From assembly GCA_024679065.1 (NCBI GenBank), contig JAGIQG010000001.1:101246001-101310000 (forward strand): a stretch of 64,000 nt of DNA. Direction: 5' to 3'. A program made the position numbers and the translations under genes. The stretch comes from Sphyrna mokarran (lineage: Eukaryota). Shown here piece after piece: positions 47,700-59,828 of the stretch; position 1 is the stretch's first letter, and each line of letters opens with the position of its first letter. The notes under the pieces are model-generated. The model saw nothing but the letters and a program-made list of their open reading frames with translations, had not been told where the DNA came from and did no database searches.

Positions 47700-50250
47700 A
47701 TGTTGCACCCTACAAAATTTAGCTCTCATGAAAGGGAACCCTGTGAGGAAAGCAAGACAGCTCCACAGGCCCAGGAGGACACTCCAGTGAAGGCTCAGAG
47801 GAGGAGGCCAGCAATGTATAATGTTAGGCCATAAGGTAAGAAATGATGACCTTATGTCCACCAACGTGTGATTATCTGCATTGGTGCAAGGTGCTGAAAG
47901 ACAGCATGGCCCAGGCGCAGGAACAGCATTTTCCAGCATGCCGAATGTAGGGTCCTCTGGCTCACCTAATGACAGATCTGCAAAAGGAAAGCACAAATCA
48001 GTAACTTCAGTCATCATCATTGCCATACAAGCTAGGTGAATGGATAGATGCTGCATGGTGACATCTGTATTAAAACTTCAGTGCACGGTCTGGCTGCAAC
48101 AGCTCACTTTCTGACGAGAGGAGCCTGTGATATTTTCCATTCCCTTGACACGTACATCTGGGTCCTGTACTTTTGTTGACATCCCTGAGCCTCACCCTAC
48201 CAAGCTTGGCGGGCGAGAACTGGGCAATGACATTCCAGCTACAGAGCATCACTGTCATTCCAAGCCAGGATTAATAGATGGAGACTCACTTTCTGATTTG
48301 GCTATGCTCTGCAATTTTGTGACTTGTGTTCTCCTGACAGGAAACGAGTGGTCATTAATGTTCCCCATCTTCTGTAAGGTCCATTCTAGATGCCCCCATC
48401 CCTATCTAGCCATTTAAGCCATTTCACTTTACCATAACACTCTGTCCAATGCTCTGCAGCCTGTTGTATTAACAGCCCAGCCTTGGCAGATCAAGCTTCA
48501 GTGCTAGTTGGCAAACACACTCACATCCTCGATTAAGACTTTCCATGTGGCTGATGTCATCTCTGCACTTACCCTTGCCATGTGCAGAATATCTTTTAAC
48601 CTTTTGCAGCACTGAAGCCAGGTGACAGATAATATTGCGTCTACTGATCTTTGATTTGATTTATTATTGTCACATGTTAGTATACAGTGAAACGTATTGT
48701 TTCTTGCGTGCTGTACAGACAAAATATACTGTACCTTTGAGAAGGAGAGTGTGCAGAATGTAGTGTTACAGACATAGAGCGTAGAGAAATATCAACTTAA
48801 TGTGAGGAAGGTCCGTTCAAAAGGCTTTTTTTTAACTATAGTGTCAGCATGGAGGGACCAGGACAGATTGTTGGTGATCTGGACTCTTAAAAATCCGAAG
48901 CTGTCAACCATTTCTATGTCATCCCCTTTGATGTAAATAGGGACATGTTCTCTTCTATGCTTCCTGAAGTCGGTGACTTTCTCCAATGTTTTGCTGACAT
49001 TGAGGGAGAGATTATTCTTATTGTACTAGTTCACCAGATTGTCTATTTCCTATAATCTGTCTCATCATTGTTTGAGATCTGACTCACTTCAGCGATGTCA
49101 TCAGCAAATTTGAAAATCGAGTTTGAAGGGGAATTTGGCCACACAGAAATGGGTATACAAAGGGCGTAGTAAGGGATTGAGGAAAAAATCTTCAGGGCAC
49201 TGATGTTGAGGATAATCATGGAGGAGGTGTTGTTGCCCATTCTTACTGATTGCAGCTGTGGGTTAGGAAGTTCATGATCCAGTGCAGAGGGAGGAGCTGA
49301 GCCCCAGGCCATGGAGTTTGGAAATGAGTTTCGTAGAAATAATAGTGTTGAAGGTTGGGATGTAGTCAATAAATATGAGTCTTACATAGTGTGTTTGTTA
49401 TCTGGGTGTTACAGGGTTGAGTGTAGGGCCAAGGAGATGGCTTTTGCTATGGGTCTCTTGCAGCGATAGGCGAACTGTAATTGATCCAGGTAATTTGGAA
49501 GGCTGCAGTTGGTTCGTGCCATGACCAACCTTTCGAAGCACTTCATAATGATGGATGTCAGAGCCACTGGATGACAGTCATAAAGGCAAGCTGCTTGGCT
49601 TTTCTTTCATACCGGGATGATGGTCTTTGTCATGAAGCAGATAGGGAACTCAGATTGGTGTAAAGAGAGGTTAAAAATGTCTGCGAATACCTCAGCCAGT
49701 TGGTCCACGCAGGATCCGTGAGCGTGTATAGGTATACCTTCCGGGCCAGTTGCTTTGACTTCTGAGAAGGCAGCTTTGACTTCTGCGATACAAAGGCGAC
49801 CTTGGATACAGTTTATCCAAGGCTTTTGGGATGGCCCTTGCTGACATCTTGCTCAAAACATGTATAGAATTCAGTGAGCTCATTGGGACGGGTGCATTGG
49901 TACCAACTATTTTACATATCTTCATCTTGTAGCCTGTTATGTCTTGTACACCTTTGCCATACTGCGGCTAGCCAGGGATTCTAACTTGGTCCAGTGCTGT
50001 CTTTTGGCATCTTTGATAGATCTTGGTAGACCGTATCTGGCTTTTTCCTATATGTCAGGGTCACATGACCTGAACGCCTCAAACCTGCTTGAGCAGCAAC
50101 CTCTGACCAAACCTCCTTTGTCAAGTAGCACAGCCTTCTCTTGCCATTTCCAGGCATCAGAATGTGATGCCTGCAACTGATCACCTCGTCACTTGGTCAG
50201 TTTCAGGCTGTCATTGGTGAAATAGGGGAGCACTTAGTCCATCTCGACAT
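47700..50250 (-). pseudogene. Harbinger Myb/SANT-like DNA-binding gene, multi-exon, decayed and split by Rex1 (48645-50088)
   Basis: LPYFTNDSL...RHHILMPGNGKRR...TKEVWSEVAAQ joined to VDAILSVTWLQCCKRLKDILHMAR; GTAAGT donor at 48572; acceptor at 48335-34. Confidence 0.7.
48645..50088 (-). mobile_element. Rex1/Babar LINE, 5'-truncated with internal deletion
   Basis: AFRSCDP...KARY...IKDAKRQ at the 5' end, IFKFADD, SFGFLRVQITNNLSWS, tail tgtgacaataataaatcaaatc. Confidence 0.9.
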
Positions 50251-50675
50251 GCCCACCCGCCTTCTATAATCTGGTGCTGATGTCATTACTGTTCACAAAA
50301 TACCTTGTAGATGTCAAAGTGAGCTCCCTCTGCCTCCCCCAAAATTCTTGGCAACCTTCAGGGAGCTGCCTCCTCCAGTTTTAAACTCCTGACCCCATTG
50401 CGAGCTGAATCAATAGATCTGGTGCCTGCTGAGAGGATTTTAATTGGCCACCTAGCATAAAATCATGTGAACTATGCAATCTTGGGTGGGAGCAAATTTC
50501 ACATCCACTTCCGCCCAAGCTTTCTTTGGGTCTCTCTATCATTTGCCCAATCACTTACTCAAAATAACTGGACCTTGCTGGATCCTGGAGGTATGCTTAA
50601 GACTGTTTTGGATAGTGGAAAAAAAGAGTGAACTGTAATCATGTCTCGTCTCATCTCGTCATGATGCTTGTAATA

Positions 50676-50797
50676 TAAAAGCAAAATACTGTGGATGCTG
50701 GAATCTGAAACAAAAACAAAAAATACTGAGAAGTCTCATGTGTGATAGCATCTGTGTGGAGAGAATAGAGCCAATTGAATCTTGATGACCCTTCAAC
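50676..50797 (-). mobile_element. Penelope-derived short repeat (family of 22125-22257)
   Basis: aaagcaaaatactgtggatgctggaatctgaaacaaaaac...gagagaatagagccaa...gatgacccttc. Confidence 0.75.
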
Positions 50798-50934
50798 TTG
50801 ATAAATAATTGTGACTTATGATAGTGGAGATCATGAAAATTGTTTTAAAGGAAATAGAATAAATAAGTGCAAAGAAGAACAAATTAACACATTAGCTGAA
50901 GATTTGCTGTAAAAATAAACACACCTTCAGAAAA

Positions 50935-51270
50935 TATAATGTCCAAGAACAGAGAATGCTGGAAAAAATCTGCCAGAATCTGTAAGGAGAGAAAACATTA
51001 TTGTTTATGTAATAACCCTCCATACCTCTCTCTGCACGCACCCCCACCCCCCGCCCAAAAAAAATTTCACCTCAGGACAGATATGTTCTTAATGCTGTCA
51101 CATCTTCTTACAATCTCTCTCAGCTACAATTTAATATTTAACACATTTGTTCTGGTAAAGAGAGAAAGGGGTTTGAAACACTAACTCTGTTTCCTCTATC
51201 TACAGGTGCTGCCAGATTGCTAAATTCTTCTCTTGTTTAAGATTCAGCACCTGTAGTATTTTGCTTATTA
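50935..51270. mobile_element. Two decayed Penelope-derived repeat pieces in opposite orientation
   Basis: acagagaatgctggaaaa...ggagagaaaac (50950-51000) and gaaacactaactctgtttcctct...gtagtattttgctt (51175-51267). Confidence 0.5.
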
Positions 51271-52910
51271 TGATGTCTAAGAAAACTGGTTTTGATTAAT
51301 CTTTCTTGAAGTTTGCCGAGATAAAAGCAATTACTTATATCAAAAATTATTCATTTAAAGTGATAGGGTGCAGTGTGAGGATATTTTTTGTTCAACCTTG
51401 AAGGTGTGGAATCAATCACCTTACCCAATTTGTTATGGTTTGTGAAATTTATAAGTAAATAATTAAACACACTTGTTAATGTTTTGTGTGGTGTTGTCAG
51501 TGGGGAGAAGTTTTCCCAATGTGCTTTATGTAATATAAACCTAAAAACCCTTCCTTTTTATTTTATTACAAATCATGCACAGAAGAACTTTTCACTTCTG
51601 GTGTTTAAAATTTGTAACAAATCATTTTGTTTTGCTGTGGTTTGGACAATTTGCAACAAGGACATGTTAGGAAACAATACACTAACAGGATCTAACACTA
51701 CATCTAACAGGCCCCTGGTGTAAAACTAAGTTGACCGAAAATAACTGGATTGGATTTTGTGGTCAGGGGCTTGTAAATGGCACCAGCCGTTCATTTCATT
51801 TGCAATTGCCAAAAGATTTTTGGATTAAAACTTGGTGTAAATTAGACAGCTAAAAATCAGAATGACCTTTCTAGTGGATCTGGGATTTGAGAACAGAGCA
51901 AACATTGTTACTGCACTAATCAATCAGATTGAAGAATTGAATGGGGTGTCAGAACATTTAATTTTATGTCAAATTAGCTACAGGTAGCAAAATAGAGAGG
52001 GGGCAAAAGATTGGATTTATGAAGGGTGGTTAAAAGGGACAGAAAAATATTTAAAATTCTTTTTTCCAAATCTCCAACAATAATTAAAATCTGAATAAAT
52101 CAGACTCTGTACTCTTGGGACCAGAGAGGTCATTTGGAAGTAATTAAGACTTAATGAGTCATTAAAAGGTTACTCATACTGAAATAATCAAACCTGGCTG
52201 TTCAGTGTATTTGAATAATTAATCTGTTGGTGAGATATCATGATTGCACATTAGGACAGGACATCATGGACAGCAATTTCCTGATGTTTGCACTTAATTG
52301 TGTATTGTCATGAATACTGTAATCACAGAAAATGCTTCATTTTCAAGGGTGAAGAACATTCTGGAAGAATTTGTGTTTTAAAAGGCACTTCTGTAAAGAA
52401 TGAATGCAAAAACTCTGATTCCTTTTCTTGGAAGAGACATCCATGTACAAGGAAAGGTAATTGAGCAGCCTTCAAGAAGCTGGAAACCTCTTGAATCTGG
52501 TGGACTGTGTACAAAATGGGACACGTGATAGTTCATGGCTCTGAAAGCAAATATGCCTGAAAAACTGTTTACAAGTTGGTTTTGATTTGAGGAGGACCAA
52601 TTGCTGGTGAAAAGAGGGCAGCAGTCTTTCTGCAGTGCGCAGCGATTCCATAGCCAGATGATAGTAGAAGCTGCTTCTCAATTATTCTACATGCTGGGAT
52701 TAGGCACCTGCAAGTGTTCCTTAAGCCCATCTGAAAAGCAACGTAAGAGACGTCAATTGTTTCACAGGTCAGTGCAGAGGGAACAACCATGTAAGCCAGA
52801 CACAATTTCAAGGACTTCATGACCTTTCCTTTTCATTTGTACCGTTGGTTTTTAACCTTTGGGTATCTCAAAAGAATAATTAGTATACTTACATATTTCA
52901 TTCTATATTG

Positions 52911-53195
52911 TGTGGCACAGTGGTTAGCACTGCTGCTTTACAGTGCCAGGGACCTGGGTTCAATTTCAGCCTCAGTGACACTGTGGAGTTTTCATGTTCT
53001 CCCCATGTTTGTGTAGGTTTTTTTGGGTGCTCTGGTTTCCTCTCTCAATTCAAATATGTGTGGGTTAGGTTGACTCGTCATGATAAATTGCCCCTTAGTG
53101 TCAAGAGGATTAGAAGGGTAAATAGTAGGGATAGAATCTGCATGGGATTGTTGTAAGTATAGACTAGATGGGCCACATGACCTTCTTATGTAGAT
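52911..53195 (+). mobile_element. HE1-like V-SINE
   Basis: tggcacagtggttagcactgctgc, gggttcaatt, V-domain, gatgggccacatgacc tail. Confidence 0.9.
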
Positions 53196-53629
53196 TTGAT
53201 GTTAATCAGCTTTGCTTTTCTATATGACAAGACTGGTTTTATGATAACTTTATTTATTGAAAGAATCCTGGTTAAAGTCAGTGTTATTCAGGGTAACAGT
53301 CGTGAAGGTAAATAATTGAAGGTAAGCTATTGGTGTGACCTGTAGAGTAGTGGGGTGGTCATACTGTGCATTTGTCCTATCCTAGTGGTGGAAATACGTG
53401 TGCAGTTGTGGACAAGTTGCTGAACGATCCCCACGTTAATGACAAAAAGTACTGTGGGCCTCACCATTATTTCACCCCCAAAGTTCTAGCCTGTTGCTGA
53501 GGTAACCAACTCCCAGAGGATCTATCAAAAAGCCTGAAATGTTCAACCAGCAGAAAACTGTGAATAAGATTTAATGTCTTTGGTAAATCGGATCCAAAGT
53601 CAAAACCTCTGAAACTCCCATCTTATTGA

Positions 53630-53765
53630 CAAGAAAGTTGATGGTTATTGGGAAAGAGGTAGGAAAATAGTGTTAAGGTCACAATCAGATTAGCCATGAT
53701 CGTATTGAATGGCAGAGCAGATTCAAATGGCTGAATGACTTACTCCTGCTCCTATTTCTTATGAT
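53630..53765 (+). mobile_element. CR1 3' UTR fragment
   Basis: cagattagccatgatcgtattgaatggcagagcag...tactcctgctcctatttcttatg. Confidence 0.75.
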
Positions 53766-54246
53766 ATTATAAACCTAACACTGGATCTGAGAGAAGAATG
53801 AACATAGTGGATGAAAAGTAAGATCAATAATTTTCCCTGAAGAATGAAACATAGGGTTCTGCCATTCCCCTACATGGGAATATTTTCAAATCTTTCAGCA
53901 CTTAAATATTTCCAGTCTGGTGCACAATAAGGTTATTATTTTGGTATTTGGATGCTGGAAGTGGCCTCACTGTTACCCATTTCCAATAAAAGCAAGTTGC
54001 ACATGAAATGCAGCTGAGTATCATGCATCAGCTGAGTATCACACATCACCTGATTTCAAACAGGATGCCTCTGCAATACTTGTCATTGCATCTAAGAAGA
54101 TAATGTGTTATAAGTTTTTAACTTTTTTTTTAAGAAAGTAAGAATGTTGTAAATTTATATTTATAAAAATTAATTAAGGAAGAAGTAATGGGATAACTCA
54201 ATGTTGTGTCCTTTAGAATTAGTTATATTGCTATACAGAGATGTAT

Positions 54247-54359
54247 GAACAAAGAACAAAACAGCACGGGAAACAGGTCCTTCAGCCCAACGAGCCCACG
54301 CCGCCACCCCAATGTTCCCACCTCTACCTGTGATCCCTGTCTATGTTTATAGATCTATG
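54247..54359 (-). mobile_element. Terminal ~110 nt of the V-domain-UTR CR1 family
   Basis: Reverse complement matches ~36608-36716 and ~42243-42357. Confidence 0.85.
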
Positions 54360-56054
54360 AAATCATGTCACGAAAAGTCATACAATTTAAGTCAACGTAA
54401 TTCATGAAGTGATAACAATTTAGCTTTGATAACAGGTAATACTGGATCTTTTTTTAACATAGAACAGCATCAACATCTGCTTTGTAAATTATACAAAAAT
54501 GTTCTTGTATTGAAATCAGGTTAGGCTGCAATACATCCCATCATTTGTTCACCATTTTCATTGTTGTTGGTTATGAATTGACTGTACCTGCTCATTGTTG
54601 CTTATTTACTGCATATCAAAACCTGTGGATTCTTTTCGTAAATCCTAAAGACTGTCTTCCTGTGATCCTTTCTACAAAGTGCTCTGACACATCTGTAAAT
54701 TATTTTGACAAGAGTGATATGTGGAAATCAATACCAGTTTATCAGGTGTCATCAAGTGGACATTCAAGCTAGTTGGCCTGATATAGGACCTCTTCAAGAG
54801 GTCCTGTGTAATTGAATAGGGCTGAGGCCACAGAAAGTGCCGATTGCTAACTGACACTAATAAATATCCTTTCAGCAGCTTTGCTGCAGCCACATTTGAT
54901 GTGTATACTGAACACAAAATCACAACTCACTCAAGATTCTCTTTCAGGACGACTACTTTCGTGCTCAGTCCTTTATCAAGTGCTCTTTCCAATGTTGTCT
55001 TTGGTTCTGTTTATCCTTACTGCTTATTTTACAGCAGGTTATCGAAAGAGGATTTATTGCCCAAGTTGAGATTATAATGGAAAAGTACACATGAAGTCTT
55101 TAGAATTTAAAAATAAGTATTTGGCTGCTGTCTTGTGTCAGTTTATTGAGTTGAAGCAAAATTAATTTCCTTTGGTGTTACCCATTTCAATCACTGAATA
55201 TTTAAATTTGCACATCCAGTATTTCATGAAGTCCAGCTCAAATAAATGATTTAACACTTTAGATATTGTATCCTAATGTGCTGACAGTGTTGATCAATGA
55301 GTGTGAGAAGAGCTGTGAAGGTTTCTGTCAGAGCTGGAAGAATGTGCAGAGTGTGGATACCAGTCAGGTATTCTGCTGCAGTGACATCAGTTTTAGTGTC
55401 ACTGTAGTTAATTATCTCATTACTGGACTATAAAGCTATCAGTTGTACTCAAAGAATGGAATAAATTAATTAAATTAAATAAGGAATTATAGTAGTTAAC
55501 TGGGTAGAAGTCATGCTGCCCTGACCATTGCAGGAGAAGCAAAATATTATGATCTGGTGCAGCTGCATGATTTAATGTCAGTGTGACTGTTGTAAGTAAT
55601 GTGATAAAATATGCTGTTAAAATGCTTAATTTTCAGTGTGTTAATTTATCATGGGTATTTTTTTTGTGAGGTAGGAACAAAATATATCATTGTTGTTTCC
55701 TTCTGATTGCTTTCCCCAGGGTAAGCATGGTTTAGTGAACCAGTGTCACTCTGGGCAGGTTGCTGGGAAGTAGTTTCTCTCTTTTCTTCTGGGAGATGCT
55801 GAACTTCTTGTCTAATACTATTGAAATAAGGTTGAGAACTTTGTGTTGCTGATCAGGAGCCTGGGCATGTTTTATAAAGTGCCCTGGCATCACACTATCT
55901 AGAAAATAATGGTACTGGATGCCATTGTCTTAATATTCAACATCAGATTGATAATTGACTCCTACTGATCATTTTTTAGAAATCTTTTTTGGTTTTGAAA
56001 TGTACCTATATAAAACATAGTTGTATTGTGGCGCAAATACTTACTTGGATACGG

Positions 56055-56480
56055 GGAAAATAATATCAAAGTTTGCAAATTTCACAAAGTTTGAAAAACA
56101 GTGAGGAGGATAATTGTAGATATCAGGTGCACATAAACAGGTTGGTGAAATAGAAAAAGAGCTGCTAGGTGAAATTTAATGCAGAGAAGTGTGAAGTAAT
56201 AAATTTTGGAAAGAAAAATTAAGGGAGGTAATATAAACTAAATGCTGTAATCTTAAGGGAAGAATATGCAATTAGAGGGACCTTTGGGACTAGTATTTTG
56301 AAGGCAAAGGTGGCAGGGCGAATTCATAAAGCTGTTTGAAAAGCAAATGGGATCCATGGCTTTATATTGTAGAACATAAAAACCAAGAAGTTGTATTAAA
56401 TCTTCATAAATCAGTGAAAGGACATCAGCCAGTATTGTGTACAATTCTGGGGACCACATGTTAGACAGATTGTCAAGGTG
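56055..56480 (+). mobile_element. Old CR1 RT fragment
   Basis: aagtttgca (KFA), tttaatgcagagaagtgtgaagta (FNAEKCEV), tattgtgtacaattctgg (YCVQFW). Confidence 0.75.
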
Positions 56481-57274
56481 CAAAAGATGTCGCATAGGGA
56501 CCTTGCTGGAATGGCAATGGGGATGATGGGCTTTGTGCCAATTTTGACGCACTCCTGCTGTCGTTCTTGTTATCTTTGGAAAGTTTCTGTGTTGGATCAT
56601 ACAAATGAAAATCCTGCTGACGAAACTAGCCACATCCCCAGATCAAATTAATCACCAGGTTGTGTTTGCATTATCTGCACTTGTTTGCAAGCTTTCAATA
56701 AGGCTGTTAAAATGAAGGAGGTTTTTTTTTAGGTTGAAGGGCACGTTTTGGTGCAGAATAAAGTGCTAACTTCGAAAACATTTCCTGATTTCGCGACTGT
56801 GTGGACAATTTGATGTGTGATTATGCAAATGAGTCTGAGCAGTAACTTGAGCCATAAAATCAATTTGAAAACTAATGCAATTTGTGCTTGGATTGCTGAC
56901 TGCTTCTAAAGCAGAAACTCTACTGTAAGATATTTAATCTATTTTAGATGATGTACTTCCTCATACTATCATAACATTTCATACACTCTGCTTAGAAAGT
57001 TGATGACAATATGGTATTGCTGGAGCAGATGTTATTTTACAGGAACTGTAAAAGATTGAAGAGTTACACTGATAATTTATACTGCTAATGCCTTTTAAAC
57101 ATTTTGTTTTTGGGGTGTGGTTGACCTTGGCGCCATTATATTTCATGTCCATCCTTAGTTGTCATATTGGACTTTTCCCTTGAATTATGTGGGTTACGCT
57201 TCCATAGTGGTGTTAGGTTAAAGCCATCGAGATGTTGGACCAGAAGTGATAAAGAAGCTAAACTGGTGTATAAC

Positions 57275-57373
57275 ATGGATGGGGAGCTTGGAGATGATGG
57301 TGTTTCCACAACATTGCTACTTGTTTGTTTCTTGACGATAGAGGTAGGGGAAAGGAACAACATTTTTATCAAA
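57275..57373 (+). CDS. LDB2: Candidate alternative 5' coding exon of LDB2 (MDGELGDDGVSTTLLLVCFLTIEVGERNNIFIK)
   Basis: aacATGg Kozak context at 57275, 33 open codons, AAA|GTAAGT donor at 57374 in phase 0, in frame with the acceptor at 58873; non-repetitive sequence. No transcript evidence available. Confidence 0.5.
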
Positions 57374-57864
57374 GTAAGTCAATGGTAGATTATTCACATT
57401 GCGTCCATTGTGGTGACTGTTGAGTCTTGTGGCGGTGCTATCATTCATACACATTTTGTCCAAAGTGTGTCACATTTAGTATTTGGTGGCTGTACCTTTT
57501 TATTTCTTCTTTTCTTCCATGTCTGCTTTTTTTTAACCTCTAATTTTCCTTCACTATTTAGTGGCATATTTAATTCATTGCTCCAGAAGAGTGTGTTTTA
57601 GACTTATTTGTGAGGGATAAACATGGACCCTTGGGGAAGCCTGGATGAAATTAAAGAATGGAACCTAGTTCACCTTTCAAATAGAGGGGGATTAGTACTT
57701 TTTCTAGCTTGAGTTTTTTACAGTTTGCTATTGTTATCATTTGTAACTTTTCTCAGTTGGTGACAACATTGCTTTTTTCTTCTTTAAGTTATTCTGTGTT
57801 TTGTGGAATATGGATGTACTGCCATTGTGATATGACAGAATGTTGTCTTTGAAATCTTCATCTG

Positions 57865-58465
57865 TCAGGGCATTGAGTATAGAAGTTGGGAAATTATGTT
57901 GCAGCTGTACAGGACATTGGTAAGGCTACATCTGGAGTATTGTGTTCAGTGCCTTGCTATAGGAAAAATATTATTAAACTGGAGAGAGTGTAGAAGAGAT
58001 TTATAAGGATGTTGCCAAGACTCGAGGGACTGAGCTAAAAGGAGAGATTGTATAGGCTAGGACATTTTCATTTGGAGTGTAGGAGACTGAAGGGTGATCT
58101 TACAGAGGTGTACAAGATCATGTGAGGCATGGATAGGGTGAATGCACTCTCTTTTTCCCGAGGTTAGGGAATCAAGAACTAGAGGGCAGCGGGTTAAGTT
58201 GAGAGGGGAAAGAATTAATGGAAATCTGAGGAGCAACTTTTTTTTTGCATTGAGGATAGTATGTATGTGCAATGAGCTGCCGGAAGAAGTGGTTGAGGCA
58301 GGGACATTGACAACATTTAAAGGCATTTGGACAGATACGTGGATAGAAGAGGTTTGGAGTGTTACAGACCAAATGCAGGCAAACGAGATTAGCTCAGATG
58401 GCCATTTTAGTCGACGTGGATCAGTTTGGGCCAAAGACTCTGTCTCTGTGCTGTAGATTCTATGA
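57865..58465 (+). mobile_element. CR1 3' fragment
   Basis: GIEYRS..., LEYCVQ, TRGQRVKLRGERING...NELPEEVVEAGTLTTFK; ends gattctatgatt. Confidence 0.92.
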
Positions 58466-58872
58466 TTTGAAGTTGCAGTGCTCCCACTTTTGTCATTATC
58501 AGTGTGTAAAGTGCAGAGTTATTTCTGTCTCCTTTGAAAAATAGTGAAGGATTTGGGAAATGTAGAGTGGAAACATTGGGATAAATGTTCATCTTCACCA
58601 ATTGGGTGACATTCCATTGGAACAGATTATGTCCATTGTAGAACCCACAATAGCACTCCACTGTTGAAATGGAAATAAGATGGGTTCTATAACCACTGCA
58701 CACATTGAAGGCATACCTCTAACTGTGTTCTCTCTGAAATGTGAAAAAAATACAGTGCTTGAATTTTAAAGCTTCATATTGAGCATATTCTGTGCATAGT
58801 TTTATGTTCTACCTAAATCAGTTGAATACTTGGCACTGATTTGTCCCCTTTTTGAAAATTCTTTGTCCACAG

Positions 58873-58975
58873 GATAGTGACAATCTGTGGTGGGACGCCT
58901 TTGCTACAGAATTTTTTGAAGATGATGCAACATTAACACTTTCATTCTGTTTGGAAGATGGACCAAAGAGATACA
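58873..58975 (+). CDS. LDB2: LIM domain-binding protein 2, internal coding exon (N-terminal dimerization domain); 103 nt, phase 0 start, phase 1 end
   Basis: ttctttgtccacAG acceptor at 58871-72; reads DSDNLWWDAFATEFFEDDATLTLSFCLEDGPKRY+A; donor GTAAGA at 58976. Matches vertebrate LDB2 as I recall it; LDB1 differs (ECDNLWWDAFTTEFFEDDAMLTITF). Missing from the ORF track because it is a short exon. Confidence 0.96.
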
Positions 58976-59828
58976 GTAAGATGGCTTTTTATCTGACTTA
59001 GACTAACTAGCATCAGTGTTCTGAATTGTCCTTTGAGATAGGAGATTGGAGGGCAAAGAAAACCTGTCCATAATTCGTTTTATTCACCATTGCAATGTTG
59101 ATCTTTTAGCTCTTATTCAGATTACTGTTGCTTGGTTGTTGCTTTTATAATTATAGTTTTGTTATTCTATGGATAAGTATTCAGCTATAATCATGAGACT
59201 TCATAGACCAGTGAGGAAATTTATGTTCCTTTCATGCATTTTTCAAAATAATTAATGGTTAAAATAGAAGTAGTTTCCCTGTATCAAAATTTAAAATTGT
59301 CAATGGAAGCGCAAGCAGTGATTTTGTTCAGGAAAAATTAAGTTAAAGTTAGGTTTGGAATTGCTGTTTTGGGACGTTTAAAAAAAATCAGTTGTTGGAT
59401 AAAATTATTCTAATCTTTTGGGGTGCTAATTTTATCTCAACCAACCAACCAGTTTGTGACTTCAGTTTCAACCAAATACCAAGATGACTTGATTATCATA
59501 TAACAAAGAAACTACTGTTCTTATATATTTTTTAAAAAGCGTGATGGCACAACACTTGCTCTTACAATAAATAATGAGCATCCATATAATTTAGGGAGAA
59601 TTTTGTGTTCCGCAGTTCCATTTTGCAGGTGCTGTATCATGATGGGATGCCCCAACCACCCTCAATTTCAATCTAAAATATCCATTCAAATCTGTTGCTG
59701 CACAATTGGGAAGAAAAGAACAAGTGTTTTGGATTTTGTTGGTTAATATTTGCATCGCACAAAAATTACTTGCTGTTTGCAGCCCAAGCCTGGATGTTAT
59801 CTAGGTCTTGTTGCAGTGTATCATTTAT

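Larger units (their letters stand above)
1..58872 (+). other. LDB2: Large LDB2 intron upstream of the DSDNLWW exon (canonical first exon lies outside the window)
   Basis: No MSSTPHDPF...RLQSRTE-like exon found in the window; vertebrate LDB2 is known to have very long 5' introns. Inference. Confidence 0.75.

Noticed and set aside
58873-58975. LDB1 instead of LDB2
   Set aside because: Diagnostic residues (DSDN, FATEFF, ATLTLSF) are LDB2-type.
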